From NCBI GenBank assembly GCA_963719425.1, contig OY970382.1, positions 522,880 through 586,879 on the forward strand: a DNA stretch of 64,000 nt. Reading direction: 5' to 3'. The notes beneath the pieces are model-generated. The model saw only the letters and a list, made by a program, of their open reading frames with translations. It was not told where the DNA came from and ran no database searches. Positions 56,249 to 64,000 of the stretch are shown here, in pieces (the first letter of the stretch is position 1; every line of letters begins with the position of its first letter). The stretch comes from an uncultured bacterium (lineage in GTDB: Bacteria > Patescibacteriota > Minisyncoccia > UBA6257 > 2-01-FULL-56-20). Both the position numbers and the translations under genes were made by a program.

Positions 56249-57648
56249 CAAGTTTCCTGCAGGGCTGGTATGCCGACCTCCGCCTTCCGCTCGCGGATGT
56301 CTAAGGGATATCTCCCGGTGAAACAAGACGTACACAGTTTGTCTTCGGGAACGCCAATTCCTCGGAGGATCCCCTGATACGAAAGATAGTGGAGCGATGT
56401 CGCGCCTAGAAATTCCCTGATCTCGGGAATTGTCTTTTGGAAGGCAAGGAGGCACGCTTGCCTGGGTGTGTCAATGCCGTAAAAATCGGGAAAGCGCACG
56501 GGCGGAGAGTTCACTAAGAAATGCACTTCTTTCGCACCCGCTTCAAAAAGGATCTTCACGATCTGCGGACTCGTGTTACCGCGCACGATGGAATCATCTA
56601 TTACGATGACGCGCTTGCCTCCTACAATGTCGGGAATGGCCGCAAGCTTCGTTTTCACCCCCTGCTTGCGCATCCGGTCGTCCGGATCAATGAATGTCCG
56701 ATACACGTAGCGGTTTTTAACGAGCGCGAGTTCCAAAGGAATCCCCGCCTCCCCCGAGTAGCCGACCGCGGCAGGAATGCCGGTTTCGGGGATGGGGATC
56801 ACCATGTCGGCGTCAATTTTGCGTTCCCGGGCAAGTTCAATGCCGCACCGTTTGCGGGCGGCATACACCGAGGTCCCCAAGAGCACGCTGCTTGAACGCG
56901 CAAAATACACGAATTCAAAGATGTCCATCTTTTGATCGGGGGGCACAAGTTGAATTGACCGCATGCCTTTCTCGTCCACCACAATCATCTCGCCGGGAAG
57001 GACGTCGCGCATGAAGGTCGCTCCGACCGAGGGAAAGCTGCACGTCTCGGAAGAGAATGTAAACCCACCGTTCAACTGCCCCATGGAGAACGGTTTGAGG
57101 CCATAGGGATCGCGCACGGCGACGAGCGTCGTCTTGTCCATAATGAGAAGCGAGAACGAGCCGGTGAAAAGCGGGTAGGCCTTCCGCACTGCGTCCTCAA
57201 GCAGAAGGCCCTGCTTCGTGAAATGTTCGATGGCGAGCGTCATCATGTAAGAATCCGAGCGGCCTGTCACGTCCACCCCTTCTTTTTTCAAAAATTCCGC
57301 GAGCACCTTCACGCTCGGCAAATTGCCGTTGTGCGCAAGCGCGACGTACCCATTCCCCGTCATGATCGGCTGTGCGTGCCGAATGCCAGTTCCCGATGAA
57401 GTGGAATACCGGTTTTGCCCGATCGCAATGTGGCCTTTCAAACTATCAATTTTTGCTTCGTTAAAAACCTGCGTGATAAGACCGTTGTCTTTGTGACAAT
57501 CAATGTGCGAGCCGTCGGCAACCGCCATTCCCGCGCTTTCCTGCCCGCGATGCTGGATGGCGAGAACGCCGAAGAATGTGATCCGCGCCACGTCCAGGCC
57601 CTTCCCGTAAATGCCAAAGACGCCGCACTTTTCGTTGAGTTCGTGCAT
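56242..57648 (-). CDS. purF: Amidophosphoribosyltransferase
   Basis: N-terminal nucleophile MHELNEKCGVFGIYG plus the PRTase domain. Confidence 0.85.
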   Translation of the reverse strand: MHELNEKCGVFGIYGKGLDVARITFFGVLAIQHRGQESAGMAVADGSHIDCHKDNGLITQVFNEAKIDSLKGHIAIGQNRYSTSSGTGIRHAQPIMTGNGYVALAHNGNLPSVKVLAEFLKKEGVDVTGRSDSYMMTLAIEHFTKQGLLLEDAVRKAYPLFTGSFSLLIMDKTTLVAVRDPYGLKPFSMGQLNGGFTFSSETCSFPSVGATFMRDVLPGEMIVVDEKGMRSIQLVPPDQKMDIFEFVYFARSSSVLLGTSVYAARKRCGIELARERKIDADMVIPIPETGIPAAVGYSGEAGIPLELALVKNRYVYRTFIDPDDRMRKQGVKTKLAAIPDIVGGKRVIVIDDSIVRGNTSPQIVKILFEAGAKEVHFLVNSPPVRFPDFYGIDTPRQACLLAFQKTIPEIREFLGATSLHYLSYQGILRGIGVPEDKLCTSCFTGRYPLDIRERKAEVGIPALQETWA

Positions 57649-57660
57649 ATTGTTCGTGTG

Positions 57661-58635
57661 CTATGGTTCGTGCAGGGCGAACGCCTGGAGATTCTTCTGT
57701 ATGCGATCCAACGCCGGCATCGTGAAGTCCGGCGCAAACGTTCGTCCGGTGATCTGTTCAAAAATTTTTACGTACCGGCTCGCGAGCTCCACCACCATCT
57801 CGCGGGGAGCTTCGGGCAGCGTGGCATCCTTATAGGGATCGCAGTGCTCTTTGAACCAAAGCCGTAGAAATTCCTTATCAAAATTTTCCGGCTCTTCGCC
57901 CTTTGCGATGCGCGCCTCGTAACTTGCTGCCTGCCAGTAACGGGAAGAATCGGGAGTATGTATCTCATCAACGAGCATCACTTCTCCTTTCGGCGAAATG
58001 CCGAATTCGTATTTCGTATCCACAAGGATCAGACCGCGCTGTTTCGCCAGTTCCTGCCCACGCGCAAAAAGCCGGAGCGCGGCGTTTTCAATCTGTTCCC
58101 ATATTTCCTTTTTTACGAGGCCTTCGTTTATAATCTCGTCCCGCGTGACCGGCCGATCGTGCGCTTCCGATTTTGTGGTAGGCGTGAGGATGGCATGCGG
58201 AAGTTTCTGGTTCTTTTTCATCCCGTCTGGCAGCGTAAGGTCACCGAACCGCCGCTCGCCTTTTTGGTACAGCGTCCAGATGGCGGTCCCCGTAACCCCA
58301 GTAATATAGCCCCTTACGACGACCTCTATGGGAACCACTTCACATTTTTCGACCACCATCACGTTCGGATCCGGGACCGCGATCACGTGGTTTTTCACGA
58401 TATCCGTGGTCTTTTCAAACCAAAACGCGCTTACTTGCGTAAGCACGTTTCCCTTGAATGGGATGAGGCACAGGTTCCTGTCAAACGCGGAATAGCGGTC
58501 GGTTGCGACGAGGATCAGCCGATCCGGCTGCACGTACACATCTCGCACTTTCCCCGAGCGGCGCTCGCCGAGTCCGCGGAAACCCGTCTTATCAATAACA
58601 TCCCCGATGTGCGCTTCTATGGTTGCCTTATCCAT
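57661..58635 (-). CDS. purC: SAICAR synthetase (long form)
   Basis: GKVRDVY ... LILVATDRYSAFD. Confidence 0.85.
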   Translation of the reverse strand: MDKATIEAHIGDVIDKTGFRGLGERRSGKVRDVYVQPDRLILVATDRYSAFDRNLCLIPFKGNVLTQVSAFWFEKTTDIVKNHVIAVPDPNVMVVEKCEVVPIEVVVRGYITGVTGTAIWTLYQKGERRFGDLTLPDGMKKNQKLPHAILTPTTKSEAHDRPVTRDEIINEGLVKKEIWEQIENAALRLFARGQELAKQRGLILVDTKYEFGISPKGEVMLVDEIHTPDSSRYWQAASYEARIAKGEEPENFDKEFLRLWFKEHCDPYKDATLPEAPREMVVELASRYVKIFEQITGRTFAPDFTMPALDRIQKNLQAFALHEP

Positions 58636-58643
58636 TGGTCGTC

Positions 58644-59138
58644 TTATCCATTCGTTTCCACTTTTTTCGCTTTTTCCATCACTGCGTCGCGAAGTTTCTC
58701 TTTGTAGCCCACGATCTTTTTCTGGAGCGCCGCATCTCCCACCCCCAAGATCTGCACGGCGAGAATCGCGGCGTTTTTCGCGCCGTTGATTGCCACGGTC
58801 GCGACGGGAACTCCGGGCGGCATCTGAACGGTGGAAAATAACGAATCAAGACCGCTCAGGGTCTTGGATTGCATGGGAACTCCAATCACGGGCAGCGGCG
58901 TCATGGCGGCGATCACTCCCGCAAGGTGCGCGGCGCCACCGGCTCCCGCAATGATCACCTTCAATCCGTGATCAGCCGCACTCTTCGCATACTCGTGCGC
59001 GCGGTCCGGCGTGCGGTGCGCGGAGATGACCATCATCTCGTACGGCACGCCGAATTCCTTGAGCGCGTCCGCCGCCTCCTGCATCACAGGCAGGTCGGAA
59101 TCGGAACCCATAATAATACCTACAAGCGGTTTAGGCAT
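58644..59138 (-). CDS. purE: N5-CAIR mutase / AIR carboxylase catalytic subunit
   Basis: [14 protein letters not shown] ... [10 protein letters not shown]. Confidence 0.85.
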   Translation of the reverse strand: MPKPLVGIIMGSDSDLPVMQEAADALKEFGVPYEMMVISAHRTPDRAHEYAKSAADHGLKVIIAGAGGAAHLAGVIAAMTPLPVIGVPMQSKTLSGLDSLFSTVQMPPGVPVATVAINGAKNAAILAVQILGVGDAALQKKIVGYKEKLRDAVMEKAKKVETNG

Positions 59139-59260
59139 TGTTCTCGGTCAGTTTATGTTTCCATTTTAGCATACCCCGGGACCCCGTCAAAACAAAAATG
59201 GCCATCCTCGGTGCCTTCTCGCGCTTGTCGAGAAAACACCGAGAATGGCGATGGGGGAGG

Positions 59261-59461
59261 TTACTCCCTCAGGCGCAACACCTTCCGAGGAACACCTCCC
59301 AGTTCCCCGGCTCTTTCATATAAAAACAAAGCGCTTGATCCAAAAAGCGCCAGGGTGATAGCGCCAGCCACTGCGATGGTCGTGCTCACTACGGCCATCG
59401 CGAACATCACCAATCCTATCATCCGCAACCACCACGGTCGCGGATTTATCGCTTCCTCCAT
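59261..59461 (-). CDS. Small hydrophobic ORF (66 aa), doubtful
   Basis: ORF only, in the purE-HD spacer. Confidence 0.2.
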   Translation of the reverse strand: MEEAINPRPWWLRMIGLVMFAMAVVSTTIAVAGAITLALFGSSALFLYERAGELGGVPRKVLRLRE

Positions 59462-59559
59462 AAGCCCTCCTCGCGTTGAGTTTCTTGCCTTACTGTTTCT
59501 TACCTTACTAAAGAATAAAGAAAATAGTTGTGCGCGTCAAGAAATTTTTCTTGCTATTC

Positions 59560-60138
59560 CTAAATCATCCTTTTCCTCCGCGCCGAGGCGAGCAGCCGCT
59601 CGTAGATCGTGAGAATTTTTTTGTCGTGCAGCATGTAATCGCGTTTGTATTTTTGGAGCTCGGCCTCGGTGATCCCGTGTTCTTTCCACGGAGGCGTGCC
59701 GGAAGCGAGGCCCTGGAGCATGGGCTGCAAGCGGTCTATGGAAATCGCCACTTTTGCCTCCTTGGTGCGCCCGGCTTCAAACTCCGCCCAGAGCCGGTGA
59801 AATTTCTTTTTAAGGTCAGGCGGCAAACGCCCGAAGAGCTTCTTCACGGCTGCGTCCTCGCGCGCCTTTTTTGACCTGCGCGCCGCATGATCAAAAAGAA
59901 AGGTGTCTCCCGCATAAATTTCCACAAGATCATGCGCGAGAATCAATTCCAACGTCCGCAGAAGATCAAGGTCGCGCGGCAAGTCCCGCGAAAGAACCAC
60001 GGCCCACAGCGCGAGATCGTAAGAATGCTCCGCGCTGCTCTCCGGACGCTTTCCGCCCGCAATCCTCGTTCGGCGCTCAACCAACTTCAACTTTGTGGCC
60101 TCCGCAAGAAACGAGAGTAGGGACTCAATCCTGTTCAT
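59560..60138 (-). CDS. HD-domain phosphohydrolase (YfbR-like 5'-deoxynucleotidase type)
   Basis: H ... HD ... D motif: EHSYDLALWAVVL ... LAHDLVEIYAGD. Start set at MNRIESLL. Confidence 0.65.
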   Translation of the reverse strand: MNRIESLLSFLAEATKLKLVERRTRIAGGKRPESSAEHSYDLALWAVVLSRDLPRDLDLLRTLELILAHDLVEIYAGDTFLFDHAARRSKKAREDAAVKKLFGRLPPDLKKKFHRLWAEFEAGRTKEAKVAISIDRLQPMLQGLASGTPPWKEHGITEAELQKYKRDYMLHDKKILTIYERLLASARRKRMI

Positions 60139-60295
60139 TTTCCCACCTTCCCGGCTGTTCACCGTTCCGTGCCATCTCAATATTCCCTTTCTCGACTATC
60201 AACCTTTCTTTAAAGGCCGAGAGAGGGCTGCTGCTCCAAAGATTGTTAAAATCACCGCCATAGATCTGTTTGGCAATCTCTTCTTTAATGGTCAT
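60125..60295 (-). CDS. Small ORF (56 aa), translationally coupled between the 60285 ORF and the HD gene
   Basis: The ATG overlaps the upstream stop (ATGACCATTAA). No motif recognised. Confidence 0.25.
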   Translation of the reverse strand: MTIKEEIAKQIYGGDFNNLWSSSPLSAFKERLIVEKGNIEMARNGEQPGRWENEQD

Positions 60296-60572
60296 TACAA
60301 CTTCCTGTACATGCGTGGAATCCTTCCTGGATTGGTTGAGCTTTGTCGATGATCGCCTTAAGCCGTTCAATGACGCTGCCCAGCGGCAAGTCATCAGAAA
60401 TGCCGAAATTGCCATGATCGGCGCAGCGTCCGAGCTCGTCAAGGACAGATTCAATGAGCCGCAAGCGGACCTCCATTTTCGTCGCCTTCCGCCTTTCCTC
60501 CCTATTCAATCTCTTGAGTTCTTCAAATCCCGGATCTACCTCCCGCTCGGGGTATGGCGCTCTTTCATTCAT
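60285..60572 (-). CDS. Hypothetical protein (95 aa), coupled to the purQ stop (ATGA overlap); its position suggests it may be a divergent PurS, but no PurS motifs were recognised
   Basis: Operon context only. Confidence 0.3.
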   Translation of the reverse strand: MNERAPYPEREVDPGFEELKRLNREERRKATKMEVRLRLIESVLDELGRCADHGNFGISDDLPLGSVIERLKAIIDKAQPIQEGFHACTGSCNDH

Positions 60573-61339
60573 TTAAAATACCCTACCGCGTTCCTGAAAA
60601 CTTGCAAGCCGGGGCCGTGGACGGGAAGCTTTTTCCCTTGGCGTTCCAGCTTCTCTTTAAGGTATGGCCAGTGCGGAAGCTGCGTGAAGAACATCGCGCG
60701 CTCGGGATGCGGCATTGTCCCCAAAATCCTGCCCTCGCGAGCGGTAATGGAGGCAATATCCTTCACCGCGCCGTTCGGATTCGCGGCGAGATCCTGATAC
60801 TTGCAAATCTCTCCCTTTGTGTATTTCGCAGCGATGGCGTTGGTTTTTTGCAGTGCGGCGAGCGTCCGCGGGTCTGCAAAGTATCTCCCCTCGCCGTGGG
60901 CGATCGGAACCATAAGCGTTTTTATCCCGCGCAGCCACGGCGTCTCGCCCGTAATCTTTAAATCAACCCAACGGTCGGTATATCGCGCGGAGGTGTTCGG
61001 CAGGAGTGCGCCGGGCAGAAGGCCGAGGTTCGTGAGGATCTGGAAACCGTTGCAGATGCCGATCACGAGCCGGTCGCCGCTCACGAACTTTTCCAACTCC
61101 TCGCGGAGATGGTTCTTAAGCTTGTTGGCATACGCCTTGCCGGAGCCGGTGTCGTCGCCGTAGGAAAATCCACCGGGAATTGCAAGGATCTGATAATTTT
61201 TTAATTTCCCTTTTTCCGCAACGAGGTCGTTCACATGGACGATGTCCGCCCGCGCGTCCGCAAGATCAAACGCGAATTTCGTCTCATCCTCGCAATTGAG
61301 GCCGTATCCCGAAAGAACAATGGCGCGCGGCGGTTTCAT
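60569..61339 (-). CDS. purQ: FGAM synthase, glutamine amidotransferase subunit
   Basis: Class I GATase triad GICNGFQ ... HPER. Confidence 0.85.
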   Translation of the reverse strand: MKPPRAIVLSGYGLNCEDETKFAFDLADARADIVHVNDLVAEKGKLKNYQILAIPGGFSYGDDTGSGKAYANKLKNHLREELEKFVSGDRLVIGICNGFQILTNLGLLPGALLPNTSARYTDRWVDLKITGETPWLRGIKTLMVPIAHGEGRYFADPRTLAALQKTNAIAAKYTKGEICKYQDLAANPNGAVKDIASITAREGRILGTMPHPERAMFFTQLPHWPYLKEKLERQGKKLPVHGPGLQVFRNAVGYFK

Positions 61340-61352
61340 GGTTAATGTTTTT

Positions 61353-64000
61353 TTAATATCCCTTGAACGTGGATTTATACGCCCGCAACATTTCGCCGAG
61401 CGGCATCTTCGCCACTTTCCTGCGGCGGATTACGACGTGCTCTTTATTCGTCACACGGCCGATGCATGCGAACGGATTGCCGCGTATCTTTTTTTCAAAC
61501 TCGCGGTGGCGGCGCGGAGCGACGGTCGCGACGATCCTCCCCTGGCTTTCGGAGAACAACGCCGCCTCGTCGCTTGAGACCGTTCCAGGCAGTTTCGCAA
61601 GCGAAATATCCAATCCGAGCTTCCCTGCCATCGCCATCTTCGCAAGCGCGACCGCAAGACCGCCTCGGGCCACGCTTATGGCCGACGCCACCGTGTCCGC
61701 GCGCACACAGGAGTAGAACGCATCATACAACCGCTTGTTTTTCTTTGCGTCCACATGCGGCACCCTTCCGGTGGAAAAATATTCACTGCCGCCGAGTTCG
61801 TCAAAGGTCTCGCCCAAAACATACACAAGGTCGCCCGCCAACTTTGCGTCAAGCGACACCGACTTCGCGGCATCGGGAACGACGCCGATCGCGGAGATCA
61901 AAAGCGTCGGCGGAATGGAAATTTTCAATGGATTCCCCTTCTCGTCGTACCCTTTAAAATCATTGAACATACTGTCCTTCCCCGAAATGAACGGCGTCCC
62001 ATATGCAACTGCGTAGTCGTAACACGCCTGCACGGCGCGCTTCAGTTGGAACAGCCGCTCCGGCTCGTTTGAACTGCACCAGCAGAAATTATCAAGCAGT
62101 GCGAGATAGTCGGGGTCAGCGCCCGCAGCCACGGCGGACCGGATCGCGGTGTCAATTGCACACGCTGCCATCGCATAGGGATCGCGCTCCGAGTACGTTG
62201 GGACAATGCCGGACGAAAGCACGACTCCTTTCGGAGAATCAAGAACCGGTCGGAAAACCGACGCGTCCGCATTCACCCTTCCCTTTCCTACGAGCGGCTT
62301 CAGCACGGAACTCGCCTGCACTTCGTGGTCGTATTGCATGGAAATAAATTCGTAGCTTGCGATGCTTGGCCGCGCGAGCATGCGAAGGACCGCGGCGCCG
62401 AGATCACGCTCATTGGGAAGCGGAGAGTCAATTTTAAGTGCGAGCGAGATTGGTTCACGGGTCGTGAGGTACTTCGTAGGCAGGCCTTCATGCAAAAACT
62501 CCAGATCGATATCCATTGCGGTCTTCCCTTTAAATTTCACAACGCACTTTCCAGAGTTTGTAAATCGCCCGATCACGGTCGCCTCCACGCCGCGCGCCCG
62601 CAAAAGTTTTGAGAGTTCCGGCCACTTTGCTTTCGGCACGGCGAGCGTCATGCGCTCCTGCGATTCCGAAACCCAAATCTTCCACGGCTCAAGGCCGGGA
62701 TATTTAAGCGGCACCTTATCCAGATCAACCAGACAGCCGTTGCACTCCTTTGCCATCTCGGCGACCGAGCACGAAAGTCCGCCGGCGCCGTTGTCCGTAA
62801 TGCTGTGATAGAGGCCACGGTCGCGCGCTTCTTTTATCAAGGCGTCGCTCATTTTTTTCTGCGTGATCGGATCGCCAATCTGCACCGCAGTTGCAGGGCT
62901 TCCCGAATCCATCGCCTCCGAAGAGAACGTCGCGCCGTGGATGCCGTCCTGCCCGACGCGCCCGCCCGTCATCACGATATAGTCCCCCGGCTGCGCCCGC
63001 TTTTTGTACAAAGGTTTGCCTCCGTGCACCCGCGGAATGAGCCCTACCGTCCCCACGAACACAAGCGGCTTCCCGCGATAACGCTTGTCAAAAAGGACAA
63101 ATCCCTGCGGCGTGGGGATGCCGGAGCAATTTCCGCCGACGTTCACGCCCTTCACCACGCCGTCCATGATCCGCCGCGCAGAAAGCATTTTCTGCTTTTT
63201 CTCCGCGTCGCGGTAGAGCACGCTCGTATCGCGCGGATCGGCGAAGCAAAAACCGTAAAGGTTCGCAACCGGCTTCGCGCCGAGCCCGAACCCCATCGTA
63301 TCGCGATTCACGCCCACAATGCCCGTGACGGAACCGCCGAACGGATCAAGCGCGGAAGGGCTGTTGTGCGTTTCCACTTTGTGCGTGATCAAATACTTGT
63401 CATCAAACGCGATTGCGCCGGAGTTGTCGGTGAAAACCGAAACGCAAAAATCTTCTTTGTCTTTCTTCTCACGGATGTCGTTCGTCGCCTGCTTGATGTA
63501 CGAACGAAAGAGGCCTCCCCGTACCTCGTCAATCGGATCCGCGAAGATCGTGTGCTTGCAGTGCTCCGACCACGTCTGCGCGAGCGATTCAAGCTCCACG
63601 TCGGTCGGATGGCGCTTTTTCTTCATGAAATAATCGCGGATCATTTTCATGCTCGGGAGATCAAGCGCGAGCGGCCCGTTCCTTGTCCCATCTTTGTTCC
63701 GGATCCCCTCTTTCCCAACGCGGGAAAGCTCCTCGTCACTTACCTCCAAATTCACGTTTTCCACGGACGGCCTCGTGTGAAGTTTCACTCTCGGAACCAC
63801 GGCTCCCATTCCCTTGTCACGCCTGAATTCACCCGCGCTTTTTATCCGCACCCGCTGGATGAGTGGGTTATAAAGGCCTTCCGCGATGGCCGTGGCATCC
63901 ACTTTTCGCAATCTTCCCGAGAGAAAGAAAACCTGCGAGGAGTACACGCCCTGGCCATTTTTGAATTTTCTTCCCAGGAAATCTTCTATCGTCTCCCTTG
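61353..64000 (-). CDS. purL: FGAM synthase large subunit (5'-partial; the reading frame stays open to the window edge, and >100 aa precede the WSEHCKH motif)
   Basis: QTWSEHCKHTIF and AIRS-like repeats. The listed start is a GTG, and the frame continues upstream without a stop. Confidence 0.85.
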   Translation of the reverse strand, partial: RETIEDFLGRKFKNGQGVYSSQVFFLSGRLRKVDATAIAEGLYNPLIQRVRIKSAGEFRRDKGMGAVVPRVKLHTRPSVENVNLEVSDEELSRVGKEGIRNKDGTRNGPLALDLPSMKMIRDYFMKKKRHPTDVELESLAQTWSEHCKHTIFADPIDEVRGGLFRSYIKQATNDIREKKDKEDFCVSVFTDNSGAIAFDDKYLITHKVETHNSPSALDPFGGSVTGIVGVNRDTMGFGLGAKPVANLYGFCFADPRDTSVLYRDAEKKQKMLSARRIMDGVVKGVNVGGNCSGIPTPQGFVLFDKRYRGKPLVFVGTVGLIPRVHGGKPLYKKRAQPGDYIVMTGGRVGQDGIHGATFSSEAMDSGSPATAVQIGDPITQKKMSDALIKEARDRGLYHSITDNGAGGLSCSVAEMAKECNGCLVDLDKVPLKYPGLEPWKIWVSESQERMTLAVPKAKWPELSKLLRARGVEATVIGRFTNSGKCVVKFKGKTAMDIDLEFLHEGLPTKYLTTREPISLALKIDSPLPNERDLGAAVLRMLARPSIASYEFISMQYDHEVQASSVLKPLVGKGRVNADASVFRPVLDSPKGVVLSSGIVPTYSERDPYAMAACAIDTAIRSAVAAGADPDYLALLDNFCWCSSNEPERLFQLKRAVQACYDYAVAYGTPFISGKDSMFNDFKGYDEKGNPLKISIPPTLLISAIGVVPDAAKSVSLDAKLAGDLVYVLGETFDELGGSEYFSTGRVPHVDAKKNKRLYDAFYSCVRADTVASAISVARGGLAVALAKMAMAGKLGLDISLAKLPGTVSSDEAALFSESQGRIVATVAPRRHREFEKKIRGNPFACIGRVTNKEHVVIRRRKVAKMPLGEMLRAYKSTFKGY

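Noticed and set aside
1-64000. CRISPR arrays and rRNA genes
   Set aside because: No regularly spaced direct repeats and no rRNA-like conserved stretches were seen anywhere in the window.

Overview
This is a high-GC (roughly 58-60% by eye) window from what looks like a small-genome bacterium with CPR/Patescibacteria-like gene content. That lineage call is inference from gene content only: a split transketolase, lamin-tail-domain proteins, several type IV pilin-like genes, an archaeal-type pyruvoyl arginine decarboxylase, and many secreted S/T-rich proteins. Two housekeeping blocks are well supported. The first (10-16 kb) is a carbohydrate cluster: a PfkB kinase, transketolase split into two genes with ribulose-phosphate 3-epimerase fused to the N-terminal half, RpiB, and GAPDH. 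The second (43.8-64 kb) is a long minus-strand purine operon, purL-purQ-(2 small ORFs)-HD-purE-purC-purF-purN-purD-purB-purM-guaB-purA-[AT-rich type IIG RM gene]-purH, with prs, pdaD and nnr-like genes just upstream. Four accessory regions are the unusual part. (1) A tRNA-Glu-adjacent defence-like island (2.6-8.5 kb) carries an Mrr-cat nuclease, a TIGR02391-like gene and an HExxH protein. These are separated by a reiterated module made of a 52-53 aa conserved ORF plus a TTGCCG-N4-CGGCAA palindrome plus a ~130 bp repeat, and the island includes a long-arm hairpin in a structured noncoding region. (2) A tRNA (probably Asn-GUU) is interrupted by a ~237 nt group I intron carrying recognisable R/S core elements. 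A large serine recombinase ORF runs directly into it. A 3.8 kb segment containing the recombinase and four AT-rich hypothetical genes is bracketed by near-perfect 138 bp inverted repeats. (3) An AT-rich 794 aa basic protein is flanked by ~400 bp imperfect inverted repeats built from nested 'doubled-arm' hairpin modules. (4) A second cassette-like region (28.8-32.1 kb) is punctuated by six copies of a ~30-45 bp motif (GGTTCTCCCATCGTCCAGCCGCCGGAGC). No rRNA genes or CRISPR arrays were seen. All functional calls are from motif recognition by eye; no searches were run.
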